A DNA stretch of 64,000 nt from Octopus sinensis (lineage: Eukaryota), in assembly GCF_006345805.1 (NCBI RefSeq), contig NC_043021.1:27962001-28026000 (forward strand). The letters are read 5' to 3'. Below the pieces are notes generated by a model that was not told where the DNA came from, searched no databases, and saw nothing but the letters and a program-made list of their open reading frames with translations. How positions within the stretch are numbered: the first letter of the stretch is position 1; every line of letters starts with the position of its first letter. A program made the position numbers and the translations under genes. Positions 25,536 to 37,747 of the stretch are shown in pieces.

Positions 25536-25682
25536 TTAAACTTAAATGTTGGAGTGAATCGAACGGCTTTTGTGTGTTTCTTAAATGGCTTATAAACACC
25601 TTCCACGCTGCAATTGTTTTCGTTTCAGCACACGATCTCAGATCAAATTACTTGCTATGCGAGTACATCTCCGTAATATATA

Positions 25683-25805
25683 TATATTAATCAAAATAAA
25701 AACATCATTCAAAGGATTTAGCGGTACATATGTTTCGGGCCTTTATTAGACGAATCATATGTACCGCTAAATCCTTTGAATCATGTTTTTATTTTGATTA
25801 ATATA
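25683..25805. repeat. Fold-back palindrome, 50-bp arms, 23-nt spacer
   Basis: 25683-25732 vs 25756-25805 with one mismatch. The minus strand carries GAAACATATGTA (hammerhead 3' half). Confidence 0.9.
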
Positions 25806-25869
25806 CTCTATCACCTACACCACTAAATGGTATATACAGGTGCTTACAACTATCAAGTATTCACCTGAA

Positions 25870-25922
<53 letters not shown>

Positions 25923-25924
25923 AT

Positions 25925-26144
25925 ATCTATGTGTGTGTATTTGTTTGAGTTCTGTGTTTGTCCCTCAACATCGCTTGAGAACCGATGCTGGTGTGCTTAC
26001 GTCCCCGTTACTTAGCGGTTCGGCAAAAGAGACCGATAGAATAAGTACTAGGCTTACAAAGAATAAGTCCCGGGGTCGAGTTGCACGACTAAAGGTGGTG
26101 CTCCAGCATGTCCGCAGTCAAATGACTGAAACAAGTAAAAGAGT
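25925..26144 (+). mobile_element. SINE 3' half (main family)
   Basis: Closely similar to 17225-17409. Confidence 0.85.
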
Positions 26145-26463
26145 AACAGAGTGAAGAGTATAGACAACGATTCTGTTGACGAAACATAGGATTATTAATC
26201 GATTTTCGGAGAGACAGACTAGATGCTTGTACACAAACATACTTTTGCACAGTTCGATACGTAGAGTATATGAGGATTGGAAAGTAACTACAGGAAAAAT
26301 AACAGCTAGATCGTTTAACCTCAAGTGACAAAATCCTGCAAAACAACCTTGGAACTTACACTACGGAATAACCAGATTGGCCGACTATACTGTATCACGT
26401 GAACTTTAATAGTCAGCATACACTGTCCTGCTGAACGTACGTTGTGCATAGCTGTGTGCGTGC

Positions 26464-26500
<37 letters not shown>

Positions 26501-26639
26501 CAAGTATGTGTGTTTGTGTGTGGTGTGTGTGTAAGGTATATGTGCGTTTATGTGTGCGTGTGTGTAGATATGTACGTGTGTGTATGTATGTGTGCGTTTA
26601 TACAGAATTAAAATAAAATATAAAATAAGATTCATAAAA

Positions 26640-28660
26640 AATTGGGGTCAAAATGGGTTGAAAGGTACAAGACGAAAAATAATATTAATGAATAAAAACT
26701 GAATAAGAATGCCAAAAACAACAGTACAAGATAAAAAAATAAAAGATCAAAAATAAAAGATAAATAAAGGGATAAAATAGAAATTAATATTAATTATTAA
26801 AAAAATATAAAATCTTTTACAATTAAAAAATTCGGCGGAAAAAACGATAAAAAATCGATAAGAAGGACAACAGTGTAAAAAAGTGAATATAAATATATAT
26901 ATTTAAAAAAGTAAGTAGAAAAAAAAAGATAAAAATTTGCATGTTGAGGAGGGTGTAAAGTGATTGGTTAAGAGGAGGGGTTTGCTTTGAGTGGAAAGGA
27001 TTTTGTGTTTGTAGACTGTGAATGTAAAGCTGTTCCAGGCGGAGTCAGAGGTGCTCGGATATTAAACGGAGGTATTATAGGAGGAGTGGTTGGCCAAGCG
27101 GAAATGACGGGCGACGGCGGTGGTCCGATGTAGCGGAACATCTCGTGGATGTTCGCTGAAGCGGTCGGCCAGTCGGCGGCCGTCCGTCCGACCAACGTAG
27201 AGTTTATTGCAGAGATTACGTCTAATACGATAGATAAGGCTGGAAGAAGTGTAGGAGAAGGAATGTTTAATGTAGAGAATGTACTGGTTGGGTCCAGTGA
27301 GGGAGGTGTTGTTGCTGACAAAATGGCAGGGGTGGAAGCGGGATCTAGAGCAAGGGAGGAATCCGGGTGGGGATGGGATGGAAGATTGGAAGGTAGTACA
27401 GACAGTAGATTGCATAGGTTACGGGCGCATTTAAAGGAGGGCAAGAGTGTGTTGGGGGAATTGGGGTGGGTGGTGTGATCTAGGTGGAAACGACGGAAGG
27501 CCCGGGGGATTCTCCTACGAAGGGGTAAAGTGGAGGGGTGGAATAGGAGGGGAAAGAGGGTGTTGTTGGAGGACTGGTGTGGGAAAGGAGAGAGGGACGT
27601 GGTGTGATCGATTAGACGAGTGCGGACAAGGGCGGTTTGGCCAAACGTGGATGGGTGTCCTCGATTCATGAACAAGCGAGCAAGGTACTGGGACTGGATC
27701 TCGAAATCCTGGTCCCGGCTGCACAAGCGTTGGAGGCGGAGGAACTGGAAACAGGGGATGGCACGTTTGGTGTGGGAGGAAGAAAAGTTGAGGTAGAGGT
27801 GGGAATCCGTGGGTTTGAAGAAGGCGGAGGTGGTGAGAGATGGGGGGGGGAGGTCAATGGAGAGAGAGATATCTAGGAAGTTTACAGAGGTATTAGAGAT
27901 GGTAGAGGTAAATTGGAGAGCTGGGTGAAAGTCAGAGAGGAAGAGATGAAGTGGAAGAGTTGTTCGCGGGAGAGGGAGGTGGCGCCTAATCAGTCGTCCA
28001 TGTAGCGACCGTTCTCGTTCCCATAGCGATCACAGAACCTGTTGGTAGATCTCCCTGGCCAACGTAAAGCAGTTGAAGGTGAAGATGAGCTCTGCCAGGC
28101 GGAGAAGAGTGGAGGTGCTGGGTGTGGAGGTGCTGGGTGTGGAGGTGCTGGGTGTGGAGGTGCTGGGTGTGGAGGTGCTGGGTGTGGAGTCGGGGCGACG
28201 GTCGATGAAGTATCGGCGTGCTAAGAGACCGTCGTCGCGGGGAATCGGCGTGCATAGGGAGTGAAGTAGCGAGCGGGTGGAACGCATGGAGCACAGATGA
28301 GGAGGCGGGAAGTGCTGGCGAGGGTGGGATCGATGGAGGGTGAGAAATAGGGGTGACAGAAGCCCCGAGGTGTGACGGGATGACGAAGGTAACCGCTAAA
28401 GAGAGAGAGAGATGGCTATAGTGGCGAGTTTTTCTAAACGCGAGAGAGTTTTTAGCAGGTTGCAGGCATTAAGGAGGAAAGTCGGAAGAAAACGAGATAG
28501 AAGAGAGTGGAGGTGGTGGTGGTAAGGGGAGGGAATGAAGGTCAGACGTGGTGAAAGGGTGTGAATGTCGGTGAAGGTGTGGTTGGTGGCGACAAAAAAG
28601 AAAAGAGAAAGAGGAAAAGGAAGGAGAGTGGAAGTAGAACAGAAGATAGGTCAATGTCTG
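26640..28660 (-). mobile_element. Penelope-like element fragment (RT C-terminal part plus GIY-YIG), decayed
   Basis: IPRDDGLLARRYFIDRRP..LLRLAELIFTFNCF; LDISLSI..FKPTDSHLYLNFSSSH..AIPCFQFLRLQRLCSRDQDF; LIYRIRRNLCNKLYVGRT..RRLADRFSEH. Limits approximate. Confidence 0.88.
28111..28185. repeat. 15-bp minisatellite x5 inside PLE RT frame
   Basis: ggaggtgctgggtgt repeated five times exactly; encodes (TPSTS)n in the PLE frame. Confidence 0.95.
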
Positions 28661-28707
28661 TCTGTATGTGTGTATGTATGTAAGTATATATATACATATA
28701 TATACAT

Positions 28708-28752
<45 letters not shown>

Positions 28753-28759
28753 ATATATA

Positions 28760-29010
28760 CATATACATACACACATACATACATACATACATACACACAC
28801 ACTCATTTTTCGGTCATTTGTTTATATCTAAAAGTTGTCGCTTTAAAATCGGAGAATAAATAATTATGATATATATTATATACAGTTATTGTACAGTTAT
28901 ACTTTGACCCTTGCATAGTAGCTTTCTGTCTGTAACTTGCAAAGCCTTTCGGGTTTGATTATAAAAATATTATACATATATATATAAATGTGTGTGTGTG
29001 TTGTATGTTC

Positions 29011-29042
<32 letters not shown>

Positions 29043-29500
29043 GAATAATATTTTCATATATATGCATATATACATACGTATATGTACATTTATACGTATA
29101 TATTATATATATATATATAATATATATAATATAATTATATATATATATTATATTACATATACATACACACATACATAATAAATACATACACACATCATTT
29201 TTCGGTCATTTGTTTATATCTAAAAGTTGTCGCTTTAAAATCGGAGAATAAATAAATTATGATATATATTATATACAGTTATTGTACAGTTATACTTTGA
29301 ACCTTGCATATAGTAGCTTTCTGTCTGTAACTTGCAAAGCCTTTCGGGTTTGATTATAAAAATATTATACATATATATATAAATGTGTGTGTGGTGTGTA
29401 TGTCTGTGTGTGTGTGTGTGTGTGTGGGTAATATATGAATAATATTTTCATATATATGCATATATACATACGTATATGTACATTATACGTATATATATAT
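28760..29500. repeat. Tandem duplication, ~390-bp unit including microsatellites
   Basis: catttttcggtcatttgtttatatctaaaagttgtcgc... starts at both 28804 and 29196. Confidence 0.9.
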
Positions 29501-30399
29501 ATATATCATAATATATATATATATATATGTATATATGTATATATATGCATCTATATATGCGTCTATACGTATAGTATTGTATATATGCATACGTGGAACG
29601 TCATGAAACGTGTACAATTAAAAAATACGAAGTACGAATACATGGAACATGAACTATTCTTTCGAACAACGAAAGAGACAAATGGAAAACAAAACAAACA
29701 ACATAAAGAACGACCCTTCATCAGTTGTTGGCTGTTTTTCTAGTCTCGTATTTCGAGCATTTACCAACAATAAACTCTTTTGATAAAACAGTAGCTCCCG
29801 CAAAGCAAATTAAATAAAATTTGGGATTTTGCGGAGGGTCAAAATTAGTAACATAAATGACAGTGAAAACAATCAGAAAGGGCTGCTAACCGTAAAAGAG
29901 GTTATGGTGACGTAAATCAAGCGTGAACAGGAGACAGACAAGGACACGCCTACCTTGTTCAAGTTACAACGGAGAGAAAGAAACACAAGTTAGGAGAAAG
30001 ATGGCCGATGGTCACGTGGGAGCCACACGAGCAAGGGAGGAGGAGTGAGGGAGAGAGAGTGAAAGAGTAATTAGATAGAATAGTAGAAGAGGAGGTAAAA
30101 GAATAAGAGAGAGAAGGAGAAAAACGAAAGAGTAAAAAGATTGTATAGAGTGCGCATCAGAATTATTACGATAAAACTTACTTGGAAGAGGATGTGTGGC
30201 GTTCAATCATATAATAATATAAATAATATATATATATATACAAAATATAAACAAGAGCAAAAGAAAATTATTTCTACGCCAATATGCCGATAACAGACTT
30301 TTAAATCGTCAATTTCCACATATTATTTTACCCACTACAGAATTACGTTGTGCTGGAATCGAGGAAAGCTAGCCAACAGAATTTTTTTAAAAAGTTCGT

Positions 30400-30466
30400 T
30401 ATTTCTATAATGAATCAATTTCGGAATTAATCTCATAATAGATTTTTTCCTCTTCAGAAGAAAATA
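30400..30466 (-). ncRNA. Type I hammerhead motif (copy 1)
   Basis: tattttctt CTGAAGA ggaa..aatct/agatt..ttcc GAAA ttgattcat TA tagaaata. Confidence 0.7.
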
Positions 30467-30715
30467 CGAAAAAAGAAATAAATAAAATACTTACATGCGG
30501 AAAAAAGCTGAAGCAAAAGTTATGTGTACACATAAGTACCCCAGATATATCTAAATATAAAATCCTTTGGTTAGCCTCAGCACACGTGGGAACTGTTCTC
30601 CACCACAGCTTATAGTGGTTACCAGTCCCTATAGCGAATAGTAATAAATCTACTACTAATATAGGATGAAGTTTTTTACATGGGCGTATTTAAGTATTTC
30701 ATTTATTTATATTCG

Positions 30716-30779
30716 TATTTTCTACTGAAGAGGAAAAAATCTATGAGATTAATTACGAAATTGATTCAATATATAAATA
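30716..30779 (+). ncRNA. Type I hammerhead motif (copy 2)
   Basis: tattttcta CTGAAGA (30725-30731) ggaa..aatct/agatt..ttac GAAA (30757-30760); stem III attg-att-caat; A17; tataaata. Confidence 0.7.
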
Positions 30780-31371
30780 ACGAACTTTTTTTTTTTTAAT
30801 TCTGTTGACTAGCTTTCCTCGACTTCAGCCCAACGTAATTCTGTTGTGGGTATAATAATATGTGGAAATTGAGGATTTAAAAGTCTGTTATCAGCATATT
30901 GGTATAGAAATGATTTTCTTTTTCCCTTGTTTATAAGTTGTTTATAATTTTAACCTTTAAAGGTATTTTAATATGCTGCCATTTTTTGATGAAATGTTTT
31001 CTGTAAAAAACTTCATCCTATATTAGTAGTAGATTTATTACTATTCGCAATAGAGACTGGTAACCACTATAAGCTGTGGTGGAGAACAGTTCACACGTCT
31101 ACTGAGGTTAGCCAAAGGATTTTATATTTAGATATTTAGATACGTTTGATCATATACATTATTTCAACGTGCTATTCATCTAAATAAACGACATGTTAGC
31201 ATTTGCAGGAATTACATTCAGAATGAAAGTAAAGAGCATTTAATTGCGTTTGATGCGCTCATCATGAGGCTGGCTGCAAGAGACACAAAGAATGAGAATG
31301 AGAGCGAGAGTTTGAAGTAGGTGTAGTAGTAATTATAAAGATTATATATAAATGTATGTGTGTGTATATAA

Positions 31372-31417
<46 letters not shown>

Positions 31418-31506
31418 ATATTTCGGAATGGTCATTTTGCCAGTTTATATTTTATATTTAGATATTTAGCTATGTTTGATCATATACATTATTTCAACGT
31501 GCTATT

Positions 31507-31594
<88 letters not shown>

Positions 31595-31599
31595 AATGA

Positions 31600-32607
31600 T
31601 ATTACTGACACATCAAACACAGTAACATCAGAACCTTCGCTGATGATTCCAAGCTCCAGAAGGTCATCAATGGCGTGGATGACCGAATAAACCTTCAGTC
31701 AGACCTACTGGCTGTTGTCCAATGGTCGGAAAAGAATAACATGTTGCTAAATGAAGACAAATTCGAACTGATCCACTTTGGAAGGGAGGACGCTTTGAAA
31801 CTCCCATACTCTCTTCCTTCTGGAGAAATTCTCATGGCATCCAACAACATCAGAGACTTGGGAGTAACAGCGGACAACAACATAAGCTGGGCTACACATA
31901 TAAGCAGCAAAGTTGACATGGCCCGCAGAATGTGTTCCTGGATTCTCAGAACCTTCCAGTCGAGAGATTCCCACACTATTATCCTTCTCTTCTCCACTTT
32001 TGCCCGACCCCACCTTGAATACTTCTGTCCACTGTGGTCTCCCTACAAAACAAAATATTATGAGAATTGAAGCTCCCCAAAGTCAATCACAAAAAAGATA
32101 GATGGCATGTCAGACCTTGACTACTGGGGTAGACTAGAGAAGCTGAAATTGTATTCACTCCAACGACGCCGCGAACGCTACATTATCTGTATGATGTGGA
32201 AAATATTCCATCAGCACTGTCCGAATGATGTTGGCATCACCTTCAAAATACATCCAAGGCTTGGACCACGTGCCATCCGTCCACAACAAAAATTTAAATC
32301 GCATCACATAACGACAATACGGCACAACTATTTCACCTCAAGGACCCGCTCTCTTCAACATTACACCAGGACACGTCAAAAAAGAAACTGACCACACAAA
32401 ATTCAAGAAGTCTTTGGACAAATTCCTTCAAACAGTACCGGACAAACCACCCACACCCGGATATGTCTCCGCAAACAATAACTCTCTGCTCGAATGGGCC
32501 TTGGTGCCCAAATCCTGAACTGAAAGACTTCGCCAGGTGGTGCTATTAAGTTAGACATGGCCTGGGCCAATACTGGCCAAAACCTTTCTAAGTTATTCTA
32601 AGTTATA
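31600..32607 (+). mobile_element. CR1/L2-group LINE, 5'-truncated 3' end
   Basis: IRTFADDSKLQK..NLQSDLLAVVQWSEKNNMLLNEDKFELIHFG; IRDLGV; RPHLEYFCPLWSPY; LDYWGRLEKLKLYSLQRRRERY; 3' tail (ttctaagtta)2. Confidence 0.9.
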
Positions 32608-32634
32608 TATATATATATTATATATATATATATA

Positions 32635-32679
<45 letters not shown>

Positions 32680-33073
32680 GTAATATATATATAATATTAT
32701 ATATATATATATATGTATATGTATATATGTATATATATATATATATAATATATATATATATTATATATATGTATATGTGTATACATTTATATATATATAT
32801 GTATATATGTGTATATATATATATAATATGTATGTATATGTGTGTATTATATATATATATGGAGAGAGAGGGAGAGAGAGGGAGAGAGTTATACTTACAT
32901 ACGAACTCACATACATACATACATACATGTATGTATGTATGTATGTATGTATGTATGTATGTATATATATATATATATATAGATATAGATATAGATAGAT
33001 AGATAGCTAGATAGCAAGATAGCTAGATGCATATATGTATGTATGTATGTATGCATGTATGTATATATGCACG

Positions 33074-34585
33074 TACGAGGTTCGGCTGAAAAGTTCCCAG
33101 GTTTTTGTATGGAGGGGTGAAGCTAGAGCTGCACGCAAGGTTAGTCTTGCATGCAGAACTTTCAAGTTTCCTTAATATATGCATTGTTCCTTTATGATTG
33201 GTGAAAGCAGGCTTCAAAAGTAACAAGAAGCAACTTCTTTTAAAACTGAACAAAATCAGGCATCGTGGTGTCATCAAGTATCTGCAGAAAAAAGGATTTA
33301 GCCTCCAAGGAATTCATGCTGACATGGTTGTTACATCAACAGTGCAAAGGTGGGCAGCTGAATTTAGGAGGGAAAGGAAGAGATGACCCAAGGTCTTGAT
33401 GTCATCTAACTCAACTCTCATCACCGAGTAAAACATTGATCGTATTCACCACATGTTGACGGATGAGTGGCGATTGACAATAAATTATATTGCCAATGCT
33501 ATTACCATATCCCGGAGGAGAGTTGAGAATATTCTACACAATGAAACTAACATGACGAAGGATTCTGTTCAGTGTGCGCCACGTCCTCTGATGGTTGAAA
33601 AAAAGCGCACCAGCTTGATCACATCTGGTGAATATCTGGCATTGTTTCAGGATCATCTAACTGGTTTTCTTGAACGTTTCCAAAGCCAGAATGTGTTGCT
33701 CTTAATTACCTTGAGCCAGGGACAAAGATGCATCCATGCAGTGGAACTATCCCACCTGGCCTGCTCCAAGAAAGCCAGATTTGTGTCATTTGTAGGGAAG
33801 CTGATGGATTCAGTTTTTGGAGATGCATAAATCATTGTTTATTTACTATCTTCAGAGTGTTCCAAATTGTTGAAGGAATTACGGAAGGCTCTGAAGAGCA
33901 AACGCCCAGGAAAACCGAGGAAAGGAGTCTTGTTTCTTCTCTGCGTGACTGTGTCTTTGAAGTGGTTCATCAACCTCCTTATTCTAATGATTTCAGCTCA
34001 TCTGACTAACATTTGTTCCCTAACACGAAAAAAAAAATGGAAGCCAGTATCGCAGTGATGGTGACGTCATATCTGCTTTTGTTGGCATTTTGCCCAACAG
34101 AAGGGAAGTTCCTTCACCAACGGGATTCAAACAATGTTTTTATAATGTGGATCTTCGTTCGTTTGTGTGTTGTTGTCGGCACTGTAATATTCTTGTTACC
34201 ATTGTTGTAGCAGTATTCCGCGTCTTATCTCTGATTTGGGTATCGTGCTATCGCTGGCGTCTGCGCAAGGCAATGACTTTGAAACATCTACCTTGACGGT
34301 AACTCGAACTCCTGTATCTCACCAAACCGACACTGACTCCGACTGAGAACTCGTACAACGACCCTTCCATTACTGACCTCCTACAACGACTACACTCTGA
34401 CTTTATAGTGGCTAGTCATACCACTTTGTCACGTGGGAAGGAGTGTACCATTTTCACTGCAACTGATTGCACTACCAATGAAGTGTGTGAAATGCGAAGG
34501 GGACAGTGTTGACAAGTAAACACCACTTAATTACCTTCAATCAGAGTATCTTGGTCAGCCTACGAACTTTTCAGCTCACCTTTGT
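33074..34585 (+). mobile_element. Decayed mariner (DD34D-type) transposon with TIRs
   Basis: TIR tacgaggttcggctgaaaagttc (33074-33096) and gaacttttcagc (34564-34575); KIRHRGVIKYLQKKG..IHADMV..STVQRWAAEFRR; LRKALKSKRPGK. An unclassified insert lies at ~34140-34480. Confidence 0.88.
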
Positions 34586-34717
34586 GTGTATGTATGTATG
34601 TATGTATGTATATGTATGTATGTATGTATGTATGCATGTATGCATGCATGTATGTATATCTATCTATCTATCTATCTATATATCTATCTATCTATTTCAT
34701 CTCTCTTCTCTCTCTCC

Positions 34718-34775
<58 letters not shown>

Positions 34776-34789
34776 ATATATAGAGAGAG

Positions 34790-36614
34790 TGCTATCCCTA
34801 TTAAGAGATGAAACGTATTATGAAAGGGCCCAACAGTATAATCAGCAAAAAATAATGCATAACCTTAGGACATTAATCAACACATACCAAGAAGGACTCA
34901 CGAACAAGGAGTATGAATACATCACTAACTTCAAATGCAAATCGAGTTTGTTCTATGTATCCCTAAGGTACAAAAAGCCAAATAATTAGAGAAACGTGCA
35001 AAACATCCACCGATATACTCATCAAAAATCCCTCACCAAATGATCTTAAACTAAGACCGATAATAGCAGGGCCAGCATGTGAAACTCACCGCCTCAGCAA
35101 TTTCTTAGACACACTTCTTAACCTTTCCTAAAACACATCAAAAGCTACGTAAGAGACGATATAGATATGCTCAACCACCTCCCTAAAAACAGTCAATGAG
35201 AAAACCCTTCTAGTATCATTCGACGTAGTAATCTTTATTCTAACATCCCTCACAAACCTAGGAATAGAAGCGATCACCTCTGGCTGAATAACTACCCTTG
35301 AACTCCCAACTCGATATAAACAAAGACCTTATAATAGAAGGACTTAGATTTATTTTAGAGAACAATTATTTTATTTTTGACAATGATTTCTACAGACAAA
35401 GATCGGGAACAGCGATGGGCACGCGTACTGCACCATCTTTTGCCAACCTAGTGATGGGATACCTCGAGAGAAAATACTCTACCGGATAACACTCGAGAAA
35501 TATGGAACACCCTCGCCACCTATATACATAACAACTGGAAAAGATACCTCGATGACTGTTTCATCATCTGGGACAAAGGTATAGAGAAACTTGAGGAATT
35601 TAAAATACTATTAAATGGAATAATGACAATATACAATTCACGATGGATCACAACGAAAAGAATTACCATTTTTAGACATCCTCATTAAGAAAACCGGCAA
35701 CAAAATAGAGACAGATATCTACTATAAACCGACAGACTCCAAACAGTACCTACCCTTTGATTCATGCCACCCACGACACACTAGAATGAATGTCCCTTTT
35801 TGTTTAGCTAGAAGGATTTGCACCATAATATCAGACACAAACACCCGACACACACGTCTCCAGGAACTTAGAACCACACTCACAAATAGAAACTATCCAC
35901 AGCTCCTAATAGACAGTGCAATCCAACGAGCACTTAAATTAAGTATAGAAGACCTGAGACAAACAAAACCAAAAAAGAAAGCACAATTAAAAACCCTTCC
36001 CTACATATCTACACACAACCCACTCAACAATGAGGCCTTCAACACCATACTACAAAGCACAGCCCTACTAAAGGGAGACCCAAAGATGAACCGGATCCTC
36101 GAAACACACACCATCATTAAAAGTAAACGGCAACCAAAATCCTTGAAAAGTATTTTAACCCAAGCTACACTGCACTCAACATCAACCACAAAACCAGCAG
36201 TTAGAAAATGTGGAAGGCCCAACTGCGGAATCTGTGTCATTTTGAAAGAAGGATCAGAATTTATACTGGAACAAGGCCACCAGTTCACCATTAGAACAAC
36301 TTCACCTGCGCATCAGAAAACTTAATTTACGTCATAACATGCGCAGGCTGCAATACGCAGTATATAGGCCATACAAAAAATAGCTATAGTAACAGGATGG
36401 CGGTGCATAAATCACAAATTAGAACCCTGATTACCGGAAAATACCGGTCAGCGGACACATAGATAGATGTGCTGGAAACGTAAATCCGAAATTTACAACT
36501 AACCCGCTCTATAAATTCAGTGACAACGCAACCTTCACGCAACGCCAAAATAAAAACTGTATTTCATAAAAAAAATATAGACCAAGTTTAAACACCCTGG
36601 GCCAGGAATATTAA
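34790..36614 (+). pseudogene. Penelope-like element RT plus GIY-YIG, frameshifted
   Basis: LKLRPIIAGPACETHRLSNFLD; SFDVV.LYSNIP; GTAMGTRTAPSFANLVMGYLE; WKRYLDDCFIIW; YYKPTDSKQYLPFDSCHP; CGRPNCGIC; YVITCAGCNTQYIGHTK. Confidence 0.92.
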
Positions 36615-36816
36615 AACAAAAGATAGGTCCTCCGAAAAGGAGAAGCAAAATTCCACCACGGCCGCTACATTAAACAGTCACTCGCACTGACGGAAAATGC
36701 CTTAGGAAAAAAAAGGAAAAAAATTTATAAAAAGAGTCTTCGTACAAATCTAACCCTGATGGACTGACCACATACGATACAGCTAAGGGTCAGACCCGAT
36801 TCTGATGGTCAACACG

Positions 36817-37140
36817 TTGATGACGTCTAGTTCTGCTAGACTGGACAGGATACAGACAAGGGGCAGAGATTAGTCAGAATATTGATGACGTCCTTTTCTG
36901 CTTGACTAGTCACCTAACAAGATACAGACAAGGGCAGATCTAATACAGCTATAAGTCGTGATTGGCCAGAATTTTGATGACGTCCCGTTCTGCTTGACTA
37001 AGCCACCTAACGAACGATTGGTCAAAACAGGACACAGACAAGAGGCAGTTATAATACAGCGATAGGTCACGATTGGTCAGATGTTGATGACGTCCGTTCT
37101 GCTTGACTAAGCCACCTAACGAAACGATTGGTCAAAACGT
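36817..37140 (+). promoter_or_regulatory. Tandem degenerate repeats with CRE-like and CCAAT-like motifs in PLE 3' region
   Basis: TTGATGACGTC at 36817, 36882, 36974 and 37084; GATTGG (CCAATC reverse) at 36960, 37016, 37071 and 37126. Function is inferred only. Confidence 0.4.
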
Positions 37141-37151
37141 TATATATATTA

Positions 37152-37190
<39 letters not shown>

Positions 37191-37224
37191 TATATATATA
37201 TAATATATATATAATATATATATA

Positions 37225-37430
37225 CTAGCTTAAAAGCCGACCGGTAGAACGGCTTTTAAGCTAGCTCCTATGGTGGGCAGGGGGCTCTTCATTGGGCGTT
37301 GAGCCCAATAATGACACTTCATGCATTGAGTACATATTAAATTTTCGTCAAAACAATGATGCGATATGTCGACTTGGAACTTATTGCAAAGCTTGAGATT
37401 CATGATAAACAACAATTTTTATCTTCCCAT
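37225..37430 (-). mobile_element. Helitron-like 3' terminus within a 15-bp-arm hairpin
   Basis: ctagcttaaaagccg-accggtagaa-cggcttttaagctag (37225-37264). The minus strand reads hairpin, 7 nt, CTAG|T. Confidence 0.5.
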
Positions 37431-37747
37431 TCGGGGGTCAGTACAGTTCTTTTTCTGTCTACTCTCTTTCTTTCTCTCTCTCTTTTTGTTCATTGTTTCC
37501 AGCCATGACTATCACCTGCACCATCACCATCGCCACTACAGTTGTCCTCCACACGCCATTCATACTTCTGACGCCATCAGCATATCAGCAGTCAATCTAC
37601 CAACGCCTTCACCGTTTCTATGCCTACTATTTCTCTCACACAGACAAGAAGAGTAAAAGTGTCATTGAATAGTGAGAGACGGGATCGAAGTGTAATATAC
37701 TGACACACAGAAATTCGCTTTGGCATTTACTATATGTTTTATATATA

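Larger units (their letters stand above)
19798..25614 (-). mobile_element. Penelope-like element with ~1.7-kb inverted terminal arms
   Basis: 19798-21537 is the reverse complement of 23905-25614, with scattered substitutions and indels. The 2.37-kb centre carries the PLE N-terminus and RT; the left end abuts (TA)n. Confidence 0.95.
30240..31135. mobile_element. Head-to-head pLTR/retrozyme-like modules with two hammerheads
   Basis: Block A at 30270-30492 (-) and 30690-30910 (+); block B at 30545-30680 (-) and 31002-31135 (+). Each A block holds a hammerhead fold. Confidence 0.75.

Noticed and set aside
29660-29730. Minus-strand CTGATGA...GAAA
   Set aside because: Stem II is weak and no stem I partner follows; not counted as a hammerhead.
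36755-36810. CTGATGG followed by a ctgacc/ggtcag hairpin after the PLE ORF
   Set aside because: No GAAA after stem II; not a hammerhead as it stands.
37084-37135. TTGATGA...GAAA in the last CRE-like repeat
   Set aside because: No adequate stem II or stem I, and the GAAA is absent from the sister units.
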